Below, piece after piece: positions 30,574 through 41,300 of a stretch of 64,000 nucleotides of DNA. Every line of letters begins with the position of its first letter. Positions within the stretch are counted from its first letter, which is position 1. Source of the DNA: an uncultured Ruminococcus sp. (GTDB taxonomy: Bacteria > Bacillota > Clostridia > Oscillospirales > CAG-272); contig CACWOQ010000012.1 of the NCBI GenBank assembly GCA_902762505.1, positions 2,481 to 66,480 of the forward strand, written 5' to 3'. A program made the translations under genes and the position numbers. The notes under the pieces were generated by a model, which was given only the letters and a program-made list of their open reading frames with translations, did not search any database and was not told the DNA's origin.

Positions 30574-30579
30574 GACGTT

Positions 30580-31431
30580 TTATTCCTTGTTTTTTCCGGA
30601 TCTGTGTCCGAGCGCGTTTTTCGGGCAGACCTTCGTGCATTCCATACACAAAATGCATTCCGTCCCGTTTTCGCGCCTGCGGCTGTTGTCCGTCATATCG
30701 ACGTTCATCGGACAGACACGGCGGCACTTGCCGCAGTTCACGCACAGCGACTTGTCACAGTTGACGCGCAGAAGCGAAAAATAGCTCATCGGCTTCAAAA
30801 ATACAGTCACCGGGCAAAGGTATTTGCAGAACGCGCGGTTGTCTTTCATCACAAACGCAAGGATTACGCCTGATCCGTAATACAGTACGTTCCCTATTAT
30901 GAACGCGTAAAACATGATCCGCTCAAGGTCGCCGACGTGACAGAGAAACAGCGCGGACACGAAAACAAGCGATACCGCAAACGTTATATATCTGATGAAG
31001 CCGAGCTTTTTTCGCGGATGCGCCGGGGTCTTGTACGGCAAAAGATCGAGTACGGCGGCAGTCCAGCAGGCGTAACCGCACCAGCCGCGCCCGAACAGCA
31101 GCGGACCGAATATCTTTGCGACGGCGTAATGGATCGTCGCCGCTTCGAAAACGCCGGTGAAAAGATAGTAGAAGAATCCTTCAAGCTGCATATTCTCGCG
31201 GCAGATAAGCCCGAGATATATGAGCATATAACCGCCGACGAGGATCTGCGTAACGCGCCTCGCGTGGCGGTATCTGTTTATGAACAGTATCAGCCCGAGC
31301 GCGATCGCTGTACCGATATATCCGAAATTGAAAAGATAGAACACGTTGCTCTTAGTAAGCCACAGCGTCAGCCCGACGGCGGCGAATACGGTGAAGAGCA
31401 GTATCGGCATTATGTATTTTTTCAGCTTCAT
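30580..31431 (-). CDS. Membrane 4Fe-4S binding protein (NapH/polyferredoxin-like)
   Basis: GRGWCGYAC, RAFCKYLCP, two CxxCxxCxxxCP motifs, multiple TMs. Confidence 0.88.
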   Translation of the reverse strand: MKLKKYIMPILLFTVFAAVGLTLWLTKSNVFYLFNFGYIGTAIALGLILFINRYRHARRVTQILVGGYMLIYLGLICRENMQLEGFFYYLFTGVFEAATIHYAVAKIFGPLLFGRGWCGYACWTAAVLDLLPYKTPAHPRKKLGFIRYITFAVSLVFVSALFLCHVGDLERIMFYAFIIGNVLYYGSGVILAFVMKDNRAFCKYLCPVTVFLKPMSYFSLLRVNCDKSLCVNCGKCRRVCPMNVDMTDNSRRRENGTECILCMECTKVCPKNALGHRSGKNKE

Positions 31432-32249
31432 ACCGAAAGCATCTGCCTCAGTTCTGCGGCTTTTTCACGCGCGAGGCAAAGAAAGCCGTCTGCGTCGAGA
31501 TCCTTGTATACGTCGTGCGTGTTTCTGTTCGGCTTTGAATTGCGTGTCAATTCAAGCGTAAGCTCGCCGTAAAAGCCGTATTTTTTCAAGCGGTCCGCTA
31601 CCGATCTCCAGTCCGTGATCCCGTCAAACGGCATAAGATGAGCGTCGTCAAGCCAAGTCATTTCGTTTCTGTCCGTCATTCCCATGTTGTCGTTCAGATG
31701 AACGCAGGAAAGACGGCTGCCGTACAGCTCAGTCATATCTCTGCCGTAGTTATAACACAGCTCGTGACCCGTGTCCCAGCAGAACCCGACGTAACCGGAG
31801 CGGAACCTGTCCATCACGGCGGCGAGGTATTCCGCGCCCTCCGTGTTTTCAAACGCAACTTCTATCCCTATTTTTTCGGCGCGCTTTACGACGCGGCAGA
31901 ATCTCTGCAAGCCGATCTCCGTCGGCTCGTGACGGTCCATACCGATTATCGCGTGCATGATGATGCGCGGCACGCCGGCGTCTTTGCATTCATTTACGCA
32001 GGCGATCAGCTTTTCCTTTACGTATTCTCCCTTGTCGCCCGGCTCCCACATAGCGTCGACCTCGTTGAAAGGCGCGTGAACGGACTGATACAACAGCCCC
32101 TCTTTGTCCGCCAGCTCCGCGATACGCCTTGTGTTTCCCTCGTGCCACGAGGTGAAAAAGCCGTCAAAGCCCGCCGCTTTTATATGCGGCAGCATTTCGG
32201 GTACGTTCAGCCCGTATCCTATCCCGGTGTTGATACAAAGCTCGTGCAT
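31428..32249 (-). CDS. Sugar phosphate isomerase/epimerase (xylose isomerase-like TIM barrel)
   Basis: SVHAPF, AFENT, WDTGH, HLND, D.HLMPFDG, LEL. Confidence 0.85.
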   Translation of the reverse strand: MHELCINTGIGYGLNVPEMLPHIKAAGFDGFFTSWHEGNTRRIAELADKEGLLYQSVHAPFNEVDAMWEPGDKGEYVKEKLIACVNECKDAGVPRIIMHAIIGMDRHEPTEIGLQRFCRVVKRAEKIGIEVAFENTEGAEYLAAVMDRFRSGYVGFCWDTGHELCYNYGRDMTELYGSRLSCVHLNDNMGMTDRNEMTWLDDAHLMPFDGITDWRSVADRLKKYGFYGELTLELTRNSKPNRNTHDVYKDLDADGFLCLAREKAAELRQMLSV

Positions 32250-33688
32250 TATTTGTGCCTCCAGGTGGACGGTGAGAATAAGATGATCATCGGCATTATT
32301 TCAAGCCTGCCGAAAAGCATATCGAGCGAAAGGACGATCTTCGAAAAAACGGAGAATCCGGAGAAGTTGCCGGCGGGTCCCACAACGTCGCCGAGACCCG
32401 GTCCGATGTTGTTCAGACACGCGAGGGCTCCGGTGAAGTTCGTCTCGAAGCCGTATCCGTCAACGGAAATGGCTATCGCCGAGATGATGAGGACCGTAAG
32501 ATAAAGCGCGATATAGTTGACGGCTGATCTCACCGTCTCCTCGGGGACCGGCTCGCCGTCTATACGCACCGTGTTGACGGAGCGCGGATGGAGCATGTGC
32601 CTTATCTCGCGAATCGTGTTCTTGAATACGATCAGAAGCCTCGAAAGCTTGACGCCGCCGGCTGTCGATCCGGCGCAGGAGCCTGTGAACATAAGGAACA
32701 CGAGCAGCATTTTCGTCAGTCCCGGCCATTGACTGAAATCACGCGTGGAAAATCCGCTCGTCGAAATAAGTGATGTCGTCTGGAAAAACGAAGCTCTGAT
32801 ACATTCTCCGAAATTCTCAAAGCTGTGATACGTTTGTACGCATATAACGGCGACGGAGATCGCGGCAAGGCTGAGATAAACCTTCAGCTCTTCATTTTTG
32901 AAGATCTCGCGCCATCTGCCTATGAGTATGAAGAAATAGAGGTTGAAGTTTATGCCGAATATCAGCATGAATACGGATATGACCCATTCGGCGGCTGGAT
33001 TGTTGTACCCGGCGATGGATTCGTTCATGACCGAGAATCCGCCGGTACCGGCTGTGCCGAACGCGCTGACGAGCGAATCGTATAGCGGCAGCCCCGTGAA
33101 GAGCAGCGCTATGACCTCCGTTATCGTCAGAACGATATATATGCCGTAGAGGATTATAGCGGTGTGACGGAGCTTCGGGACGAGCTTGCCTTTTGTCGGA
33201 CCGGGGACTTCGGCGCGGAGCAGATATATCGCGTGTCCGCCCTGCGGCAGTATCGCAAGCATGAAGACCAGCACGCCCATACCGCCCATCCAGTGAGTGA
33301 AGCTGCGCCAGAACAGGACGCCGCGCGGCAGTCCCTCTATCACGCGCAGTATGGATGAACCGGTCGTCGAAAAGCCGGAGCACGTTTCAAAAAACGCGTC
33401 GACGTAGCTCGGTATCGCGCCGGAAAGAGTGAAGGGAAGCGCGCCGAAAAGCGACATAAGAAGCCACGAAAGCGCCACCGTTACGTAGCCTTCCTTGGCG
33501 TATATCTTTGTGTTTTTCGGCTTTTGCAGTATACCCGGAAGCGAAACGGCGACGAGTATCCCGACCGTTATGAGAAACGGCATGACAGGTTCGCCGTAGA
33601 TCGCGGCGACGAGCATCGGTACGAGAAGGAACGCCGCCTCGATCAAGAGTATCACGCTCAAAAGGTATAATAGCATTCTGTAATTCAT
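32249..33688 (-). CDS. trkH: TrkH potassium uptake permease
   Basis: FETCSGFSTTG, GTGGF, GSTAGG, NNIGPG, GRLE. Confidence 0.95.
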   Translation of the reverse strand: MNYRMLLYLLSVILLIEAAFLLVPMLVAAIYGEPVMPFLITVGILVAVSLPGILQKPKNTKIYAKEGYVTVALSWLLMSLFGALPFTLSGAIPSYVDAFFETCSGFSTTGSSILRVIEGLPRGVLFWRSFTHWMGGMGVLVFMLAILPQGGHAIYLLRAEVPGPTKGKLVPKLRHTAIILYGIYIVLTITEVIALLFTGLPLYDSLVSAFGTAGTGGFSVMNESIAGYNNPAAEWVISVFMLIFGINFNLYFFILIGRWREIFKNEELKVYLSLAAISVAVICVQTYHSFENFGECIRASFFQTTSLISTSGFSTRDFSQWPGLTKMLLVFLMFTGSCAGSTAGGVKLSRLLIVFKNTIREIRHMLHPRSVNTVRIDGEPVPEETVRSAVNYIALYLTVLIISAIAISVDGYGFETNFTGALACLNNIGPGLGDVVGPAGNFSGFSVFSKIVLSLDMLFGRLEIMPMIILFSPSTWRHK

Positions 33689-33701
33689 AATAACGTCTGC
33701 C

Positions 33702-34346
33702 TTATAATCTGAAGCATTTGCGCAGATCCTTCATATCGCCGATGACGTAGAGCACGTCGCCCTCCGCCATTACGGTATCGGGACCCGGTATGATGACCTT
33801 GTGATCTCTTTTTAACGATATCACGTTGACGCTGTATTTTCTGCGCACGTCAAGCTGTACGAGGTTCTTCCCGACCCATTCCCCGGGCAGAGCCATTTCA
33901 TATATCGAATATTCGGAATCAAGCTCGATGAAATCGAGTATCGCGTCCGATGAGAGCTTTATCGCAAGCCGTTTTGCCGTCTGCTTTTCCGGGTATACGA
34001 CCTCGTCCGCGCCGTTGCGCAGAAGGAATTTTTCCTGCACGTCGTTTGACGCGCGGGATATGACCTGTTTTGCGCCGAGCTCCTTGAGCAGCGCGGTTAT
34101 CTGCAAAGACGACTGAAAATTGTCTCCGATGCTGACGATACACACGTCGTAATCGGATACTCCGAGAGAGCGCAGAAGCTCCGGGTTCGTCGCGTCGCCG
34201 ATCTTTGCGTCGGTAACGTACGGCAGGATCTCGTTTATGCTTTTTTCGTCCGTATCCACCGCCATTATCTCGCATCTGAGCGCGTTCATGGTGGAGGCGA
34301 CGTGGCAGCCGAACTGACCGGCGCCGATAATCAGAACTGATCTCAT
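33702..34346 (-). CDS. ktrA: KtrA/KtrC single-RCK regulatory subunit
   Basis: IIGAGQFG, GDAT, GAD.VVYPE, RCK_C; 214 aa. Confidence 0.88.
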   Translation of the reverse strand: MRSVLIIGAGQFGCHVASTMNALRCEIMAVDTDEKSINEILPYVTDAKIGDATNPELLRSLGVSDYDVCIVSIGDNFQSSLQITALLKELGAKQVISRASNDVQEKFLLRNGADEVVYPEKQTAKRLAIKLSSDAILDFIELDSEYSIYEMALPGEWVGKNLVQLDVRRKYSVNVISLKRDHKVIIPGPDTVMAEGDVLYVIGDMKDLRKCFRL

Positions 34347-34350
34347 AATA

Positions 34351-35697
34351 CTATCCTATCGAAATTTTTTCCATCGGCAGCCGCGAATCGGTATCCGTAC
34401 CGGACGGCAGAGCCGCGTATATAAGCGTCAGCACCCCGACTCTGCCGAGGAACATCAACGCCATAAGGATCACGTGGGAAACGGTCGACAAAGACGGCGT
34501 AAGCCCGAGAGTAAGACCCACCGTGCCGACCGCGGAGCCCGTTTCAAACAGGCAGTCCGAAAGCGGGAGTCCTTCTATGAGACTTATCGCCGCCGCGGAC
34601 GATGTGAAAAGAAACAGGTATATAAACAGTATCGCGCCCGCGTTTCTTACCGCGGATTCGGGGATCCTGCGTCCGAACGCCTCCGCGTCGTCGCACCGTC
34701 TGATGACGGATACGGCGGCGATAAGCAGAACGGCGAGTGTCGTCGTCTTCATGCCGCCCGCGGTCGAGCCCGGGGAGCCGCCGACGAGCATAAGCGCCGT
34801 CATAAGCATTTTGCCGGGACCCGTCATCGCGGACAGATCCGTTGTGTTGAAGCCCGCCGTCCTCGACGTTACGGACTGGAAAAGACTGTGAAGAAGTCTT
34901 GCACCGAACGGCTCGCTCCGGTATTCGGTGAAGAAGAACGCCGCCGCCGGCAAAACAATCAGCGCCGCGGACGTCACGAGTATGATCTTTGACTGTACGG
35001 AATACTTTTTCAGCCTGAGTCCGAACCGCCTCATATCGTCCCACGTCATAAAGCTGATCCCGCCCGAGATGATGAGTATCATCACCACCGCGCAGACGTA
35101 TCCGTTGTCGTGATAGGACGTCAGAGATGAAAACGGCGATCGGACGCCGAAAAGATCGAAGCCGGCGTTGCAGAACGCCGAAACGGAGTGAAAAACGGAA
35201 TACCATATCCCGCGCAAAACGCCGAGATCACGTATGAAAACGGGGCAGAGCAGAACGGCGCCGGCGCCTTCGATCACGGCGGAGGTTTTAAGTATGAACC
35301 CCGTCATTTTAACGATGCCGCCGACCTGCGGCGCGGAGATTGATTCCATCATCGTACTGCGCTGGCGCAGACCGATCCGCTTCCCGGATAGTTTTGCGGC
35401 GGCGACGGCTATCGTAACGACGCCCATGCCGCCCGTCTGTATCAGAAGCAGGATCATCATCTGTCCGAACAGCGACCAGTGCGTCGCCGTGTCAACGGTC
35501 ACAAGTCCGGTGACGCACACAGCCGAAACGGACGTGAACAGCGCGTCGGAAAAACGCGTGAAGCTTCGGTCAGCCGACGATACGGGCAGACAGAGCAGAG
35601 CCGCGCCGAGCAGGACTATGAGCAGAAAACCGCTTATTATGACCTGCGGTGAGGAAAAGCCCTTCCACCGCACGCGTTTGCTTACGGTTTTTCGCAT
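34351..35697 (-). CDS. ktrB: KtrB/KtrD potassium transporter
   Basis: SAVCVTGL, SAFCNAGF, SRTAGF, GSTAGG, SAVGTVGL, MFLGRVG. Confidence 0.9.
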   Translation of the reverse strand: MRKTVSKRVRWKGFSSPQVIISGFLLIVLLGAALLCLPVSSADRSFTRFSDALFTSVSAVCVTGLVTVDTATHWSLFGQMMILLLIQTGGMGVVTIAVAAAKLSGKRIGLRQRSTMMESISAPQVGGIVKMTGFILKTSAVIEGAGAVLLCPVFIRDLGVLRGIWYSVFHSVSAFCNAGFDLFGVRSPFSSLTSYHDNGYVCAVVMILIISGGISFMTWDDMRRFGLRLKKYSVQSKIILVTSAALIVLPAAAFFFTEYRSEPFGARLLHSLFQSVTSRTAGFNTTDLSAMTGPGKMLMTALMLVGGSPGSTAGGMKTTTLAVLLIAAVSVIRRCDDAEAFGRRIPESAVRNAGAILFIYLFLFTSSAAAISLIEGLPLSDCLFETGSAVGTVGLTLGLTPSLSTVSHVILMALMFLGRVGVLTLIYAALPSGTDTDSRLPMEKISIG

Positions 35698-37055
35698 TAT
35701 CTTAAAATATCCTTGATGCTGCTTATCTTCTCGCCCGCGGATACGACGACGACCGTGTCGCCGCTGTTGATCGTATCATCGCCGGACGGGATGATGATCT
35801 GATCCTTGTGGGAGATACAGATGACCAGTACGCCGCGCTTCGGACGGAGCTTTTTGAGCGGTATGCCCGTCAGCCCTTCGATCTCGTCCTTTATGACGAA
35901 TTCAACGGCTTCGGCTTTTCCGTCCATGATCTTGTGGAGCGATTCAATTTCTTCAACGCCCGTCGCGTTCATTTTGGATCTGACGTAGCGCAGGATGTAG
36001 CCGGCTGTCGATGATTTGGGGGAAACGACGCTGTTGATGCCTACGCTCTTGAAGAAATCCACGTATGACATCTGGTTTATCAGCGTTATTACCTTCGGCA
36101 CGCCGATCGACTTGGCGTACATTGAAACGATCGCGTTTTCCTCATCCGAATCGGACAGAGCGAGGAACGCGTCCGTGCGCTCTATGCCCTCTTCAAGCAA
36201 AACCTCCTGCCGCGCGCCGTTGTCGCATACGACGGAGCAGTCGAACTCTCCGGAAAAATCGCGGCAGATCTCCTTGTTTTTCTCGATCACGGTCGAGGTG
36301 AATTTGCTTTTCTTCAAAAGTCCCTGCAGATAGTACGTTACGCGGCTGCCGCCGAATATCATCATATCCTTCAATCTGTGGCGGTAGATCTGCGCCGCCT
36401 TGAAGAACGAGTTCGTATGATCCTCGGGTACGGTCACGCCGATGACGTCGCCGCTTTCAACGTGATAATCGCCGGACGGGATTATTACGTCGTTGCCGCG
36501 AAGCACGCAGCAGACGAGGAATTTCATATTCAGCTCCGAACGCAGCTCGTGCAGAGTCTTCCCGATAAACGGCGATTCCGCCGTTATCACGAATTCCGCA
36601 AGCTCGACTCTGCCGCGGCAGAACGTTTCAAGCTTGGCGGCGGACGGGAAGCGGAGCATGCGGTATATCTCTTTCGCCGCGTAAAGCTCCGGGTTTATGG
36701 TAAGCGAAAGGTTCATATCCGCGCGCATCAGCTGCATAAGCTCGCCGTATTCGGGGTTTCTCACACGTGCTATCGTATGATGCGTGCCGAGCTTGCGGGC
36801 GGCTGAACAGCAAAGGATGTTTATTTCGTCCGACGACGTGACAGCGATAAGCAGATAAGCCTTGTCCGCCCCGGCTTTGCGGAGGACGGAAATGCTTGCG
36901 CCGCTGCCTTCCACGCCGTAAACGTCGCAGTTGTTGCAAAGCTCCGATAAGGCGATCGGATCGTCGTCGACGACCGTTATATCGTGTCCTTCTTTTGATA
37001 ACTGCATGCAGATGGCGGAGCCGACCGTGCCGCAGCCTATGATAATAATATTCAT
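35697..37055 (-). CDS. trkA: TrkA double-RCK subunit
   Basis: IIGCGTVG, TIARVRNPEY, two RCK repeats; 452 aa. Confidence 0.93.
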   Translation of the reverse strand: MNIIIIGCGTVGSAICMQLSKEGHDITVVDDDPIALSELCNNCDVYGVEGSGASISVLRKAGADKAYLLIAVTSSDEINILCCSAARKLGTHHTIARVRNPEYGELMQLMRADMNLSLTINPELYAAKEIYRMLRFPSAAKLETFCRGRVELAEFVITAESPFIGKTLHELRSELNMKFLVCCVLRGNDVIIPSGDYHVESGDVIGVTVPEDHTNSFFKAAQIYRHRLKDMMIFGGSRVTYYLQGLLKKSKFTSTVIEKNKEICRDFSGEFDCSVVCDNGARQEVLLEEGIERTDAFLALSDSDEENAIVSMYAKSIGVPKVITLINQMSYVDFFKSVGINSVVSPKSSTAGYILRYVRSKMNATGVEEIESLHKIMDGKAEAVEFVIKDEIEGLTGIPLKKLRPKRGVLVICISHKDQIIIPSGDDTINSGDTVVVVSAGEKISSIKDILR

Positions 37056-37091
37056 TCTTATACTCCGTGTTCTTTAACGGTATTCAGATAC

Positions 37092-37120
37092 ATTTTACCA
37101 CCATTCAGAGTAAAAAGCAA
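37092..37120 (-). promoter_or_regulatory. sigmaA promoter of the trk/ktr operon
   Basis: TTGCTT-17nt-TAAAAT with TG extension. Confidence 0.6.
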
Positions 37121-37139
37121 GGGGTCAGACGATAAAAAC

Positions 37140-37168
37140 TTGACAAAGAGGAAAAAAATCGTTATAAT
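37140..37168 (+). promoter_or_regulatory. sigmaA promoter
   Basis: TTGACA-17nt-TATAAT. Confidence 0.8.
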
Positions 37169-37196
37169 ATAATAAAACGCCGCCGGGAGGAGTGAA

Positions 37197-38237
37197 ATGA
37201 AAGGACAGATAACAGCGCTTATTAAGCCGGTATCCGGCGCCTGCGGGCTTGACTGCAAATACTGCTTTTACCGCGAGCTCGACCCGGGTGGAGGCGTTAT
37301 GGATGAAAAGACCGTAGACGCGCTTTTGTCGTTTCTGCCGCGCGGCGTCCGGGTCAATTTCGCGTTTCAGGGAGGGGAGCCGCTTTTGCGCGGCGCGGAC
37401 TTCTACCGTGATTTCGCCCTGCGCGTAAAGGCGGCAGGGATCGACGCCGCGTACAGCATACAGACGAACGGCGTCATGATCGACCGTGAGTATTGCCGTC
37501 TTTTCCGCGATCATGATTTTCTTGTTGGTCTGTCGCTCGACGGGACCCGCGCCTGCCACGACGCGGCAAGGGTCGACAAAAACGGCAAAGGAACGTATGA
37601 CCGGGTGATCGCTGCGGCGGAGCTTTTACAAAGCTGCGGCGTACCGTTCGACGTGCTCACGGTCGTCGGCTCGCACAACTGTCACGGCGCGGCGGAAATA
37701 TACGCGGATTATAAAAAACGCGGATTCCGTATCGTTCAGCTCATACCGTGCCTGCCGCCGCTTCATGGCATGGAGGGCGAGTCTTGCGACGTGTCGGATT
37801 TCTTCATTGAATTCTTTGATCTGTGGTACCGGGACGTCAGATCCGGCAAAGCCGTATTTGACGTGCGCGAGTTTTCAGAGCTTTCGGACGCGCTCCGCGG
37901 CGGGCGCCCGGGCTGCCGGTACGGCGGCGTCTGCACGCCGCAGTTCGTCGTCGAATCGAACGGAGATCTGTATCCGTGCGACTTCTACGTGAAGCCGGAA
38001 TACAGGACGGGATCGGTATTCGACACCCCGATCGACGAAACGCTTAAAAGCGAAGGGATGAGGCGCTTTATCCGCGACAGCCGTGAAAACGCGGAGATTT
38101 GCCGTCTCTGCCCGTATCTGTCCGTGTGCCGCGGTATGTGCCGGAGGATGAGGACGCTGTTCCGGCAGTTTCCCGTCTGTCCGTGGGCAAGACTTATATC
38201 ACACGTTACAAAACAAAGGGGCTGTCGCAAGTTATGA
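37197..38237 (+). CDS. Radical SAM/SPASM protein, anaerobic sulfatase-maturating enzyme family
   Basis: IKPVSGACGLDCKYCFY, FQGGEPLL, IQTNG, SLDG, VESNGDLYPCDFY, CxxCxxxxxCxGxC. Confidence 0.88.
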   Translation: MKGQITALIKPVSGACGLDCKYCFYRELDPGGGVMDEKTVDALLSFLPRGVRVNFAFQGGEPLLRGADFYRDFALRVKAAGIDAAYSIQTNGVMIDREYCRLFRDHDFLVGLSLDGTRACHDAARVDKNGKGTYDRVIAAAELLQSCGVPFDVLTVVGSHNCHGAAEIYADYKKRGFRIVQLIPCLPPLHGMEGESCDVSDFFIEFFDLWYRDVRSGKAVFDVREFSELSDALRGGRPGCRYGGVCTPQFVVESNGDLYPCDFYVKPEYRTGSVFDTPIDETLKSEGMRRFIRDSRENAEICRLCPYLSVCRGMCRRMRTLFRQFPVCPWARLISHVTKQRGCRKL

Positions 38238-38341
38238 TTTTTGCGCTTGGCTCTATACAAATGTAACAAAAAATCAGTCTCGCACATTAAAAACGAGACT
38301 GATTTTTTGTTGAGTTTGTTAATGCTATGCGACAGCCCCTT
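38216..38341. mobile_element. 126-bp MITE / IS remnant (IS1182-like ends, tentative)
   Basis: Perfect 14-bp terminal IR AAGGGGCTGTCGCA / TGCGACAGCCCCTT; AT-rich interior with perfect 18-bp hairpin 38265-38311; no ORF. Confidence 0.75.
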
Positions 38342-38344
38342 GTT

Positions 38345-41300
38345 TTATATTTTGAGCCCGTAGGAGCGGAGATCGGCGTCGGAAAGACCGAAATACGATT
38401 TCATGTGCTTTATGACGTTAACGTCGCGTTCGCGGAGCCATCCTTCGACAGACGCTATATGAGTCTCCCAGCGCGTCATCGACGAAGGCGCCGACATGAG
38501 TATGCCTGAGATATATCTGTCGTCGTTTTTGTTGCGGAAGCCCCAGCGCGCGATGTGATACTCCATCTCCTCGCTTATCTCGTTCGTAAGCTCGCGGAGA
38601 AGGGGAAGCAGCCTGTCGGGATTGAGCGTGTCGTTCAGAAGCTCGCAGAATCTTGAAATGAATTTCTTTTTGAACGTGCTGTTTTTGATAAGTCCCTGGA
38701 TTATGCCGTATATCTTTTTATCCTGCTTGAAAACGTAGTTGAATCTGCTTTCTTCGGATGACATGCTCCAGTCGAAATCGTACGGGATCCAGCGCCATTT
38801 CGCCGTGTCCGTCCGCTCGCGGTAGAATTTGATGTTTCCGGGGTCGGTGTTGGCGAAATATATCTGCGATATCCAGTAGTCGATATAGTTGTCAATATCC
38901 ATACGCGAGCAGACGTAGGCGTAATTGTCTTCGTTCGACATATTCTTTGTCGTTACGAATTTGTAAAGCTCGTTGTAATTCGTGCTCGTGCCGGACTGAA
39001 CGATCGACGAGCCCTTCATCCTGTCGAGGTTGTCGGGGTCGGCGCCGGTGTGGTTGGCGACGAATTCGTCTGAAATACGCTCGCGCAGATCGTAAATGCC
39101 GTAATAATCGCCGTTAAGATAAACGACGACCGGACGGTAGTTCATGACCTCGCAGTTTATCTTTCCGAGCAGAGCGCGGGCGATAAACGCGTCGCGTATG
39201 TGCGAGCGGTTCGCGTCCTGGCCCGAGCCGCGGAGAACGAGTGAAGAGAAGACGTTAATGTAATCCTCGCCGAAGAACGGATATACGACCTCTTTTATAC
39301 CGTATTTGTCCTTCAGATTGATCGAAACACTCTTCTGATCGTGTACCCGGCTGTACTGACCGAATACCTTGATGCCGGCGTTGAAGTTGAGCACCTGTCT
39401 GCCGCTCTCGTCGATATACGTGAAGCTGACGGGACGCTCCCAGCTTTGCCAGTAGTTCGCCTTCGGCGCGTCCTTGAAGAACAGATTCTCTTTCTCCGAA
39501 CCGCCAAGCGACGGATCGTCGTATTTCATCGACTCGGTATCAAAGTTCGGACCGTCGGCGAATATACCCGTCTTTTCGGAGAAAAGATCGTTCGGATCGG
39601 CGTTGAGGAATACGACCGGCATGTTGTGCACGCGGCCTACTATGAACGAGACCGAGACCTCGTCCGAGGGAAGGGCGTCGCTCTTGAAAGCGCGTGCGCG
39701 TATCGACGTCGTTTTATCGATCGTTATGGGAGAGCGGTAAAGCGTCGACGCCTGAGTTGGGGCGGTGCCGTCCGTAGTGTAGTAAACGATACATCCCGCG
39801 GGAGCTTTTATCGTCACGGCGGTCCCCGCTTCTACGTATCCGCCTTCAAGGCTGAAAGACGGCGCGCCTACGGATTTTGAATAAGTCACCGTACTGTTTT
39901 TCGCACCGGGAGTGACCTGCGTGAAATAATACAGGGTGTCGTCATCGTCTGATACGCGCCCCGCCGAGGTACGGTCGAAGAGAAGACCGGTGACGACGCT
40001 GTCGACCACGGTGCCGTTTTTATCGTACAGATAAATGTCGTTGCCGTAGCGGTTGAGACCGAGATCGACGTAGACGGAATCCGTCTTGCTGTCGTATTTC
40101 GTCTCGTCGCCGAAATATATGATCCTGTAGCCTCCGGCTTTGACCTTTACCGTCGGCAGCCATACCGCGCGGTCGAACGTCTTTTTTCCGATATAGAGCT
40201 CGGAGAGATCAAGATCGTTTTCCGTCGGGTTTTTTATCTCAACGAAATCGTACAGCTTGTAATAATCGTACAATTCCCCCGACGAATATGATTTTCCGTC
40301 AGGGGAGCTGTCAAGTGTGGCGTTGACTGCGACCACTTCGCTTATATATGCTGTTTTGTACGCCGGATGTCTTGCGCTGTTTATGTCTTCAAAGCCCGGC
40401 ACGTCGTTTTTTGCGTTTCTGGTGGCGCGGGGGAAGAACAGCCATTTATCGGGATTTTCGGGATCGCGTCCGCAGGTCATGTTCGATTCAAGATCGTAGA
40501 CCGTGCATCTGTCCATCTCGTCGCCTCTGCCGTTGTAAATGCCGAGGGACTCTTCCTTGCCGGAGAGGGTGAAGCTTGCGTGCAGCTCGCCGCCCGCGTA
40601 TTCTTTGTCCTTGCCGAGCATGAAGACGGTCAGATATCCGTCGGGCTGAAGCGTTACGTCCGGGAATTCCCATTTCGTCTTGTCCGCTTCGTCGTCCGAA
40701 AGGAACAGGCCTTTGAGCTTTACTACCTTTTCACCGTAGTTGTATATCTCGACCCAGGCGCCGTAATCGCCTTCCTCGTCGGTAAACGTGATGCATTTCT
40801 TCGTTGCGAATTCGTTTATGCGTACCGTGTTTACGGTCTTGTCGGTGAGGTTCAGGGGCTCGTCCGTCGACTGCTTTGGCTGATATTCCGCCGTGCCGTT
40901 CTTTTCACCGGGCGTCGGTTCGCTTAAAAGCACGGTGTGACCGTCCGGCGCGGGCGCCGCGGATATATCCGACGGGCAGTTGGCGGGGATCGTTATCCTG
41001 CCGATCTCGGTGCCGCCGGAGGTGAGCAGGGAAACTGTCTCGCCGGCTTTGCTGAGCTTGAACGGAAGGTGTATCGACGTCGTCTGTTCGTTATAAACGT
41101 TTCTGCCGGACGCCCATATGATTATGTATTCGCCGGGCTTCAGCTTAACGTCGGGCAGGATGCCCTTCGTGCGGTTGTCCGGATTGTCGGTTATCAGGTA
41201 GTTTTTGAGCGATATCTCGGATGAGCCGCCGTTGTAAAGCTCTATCCAGTCGCTGTATTCGCCGTAGTCGTCCGTCAACGTGGATTTGTTTGACGCCATG

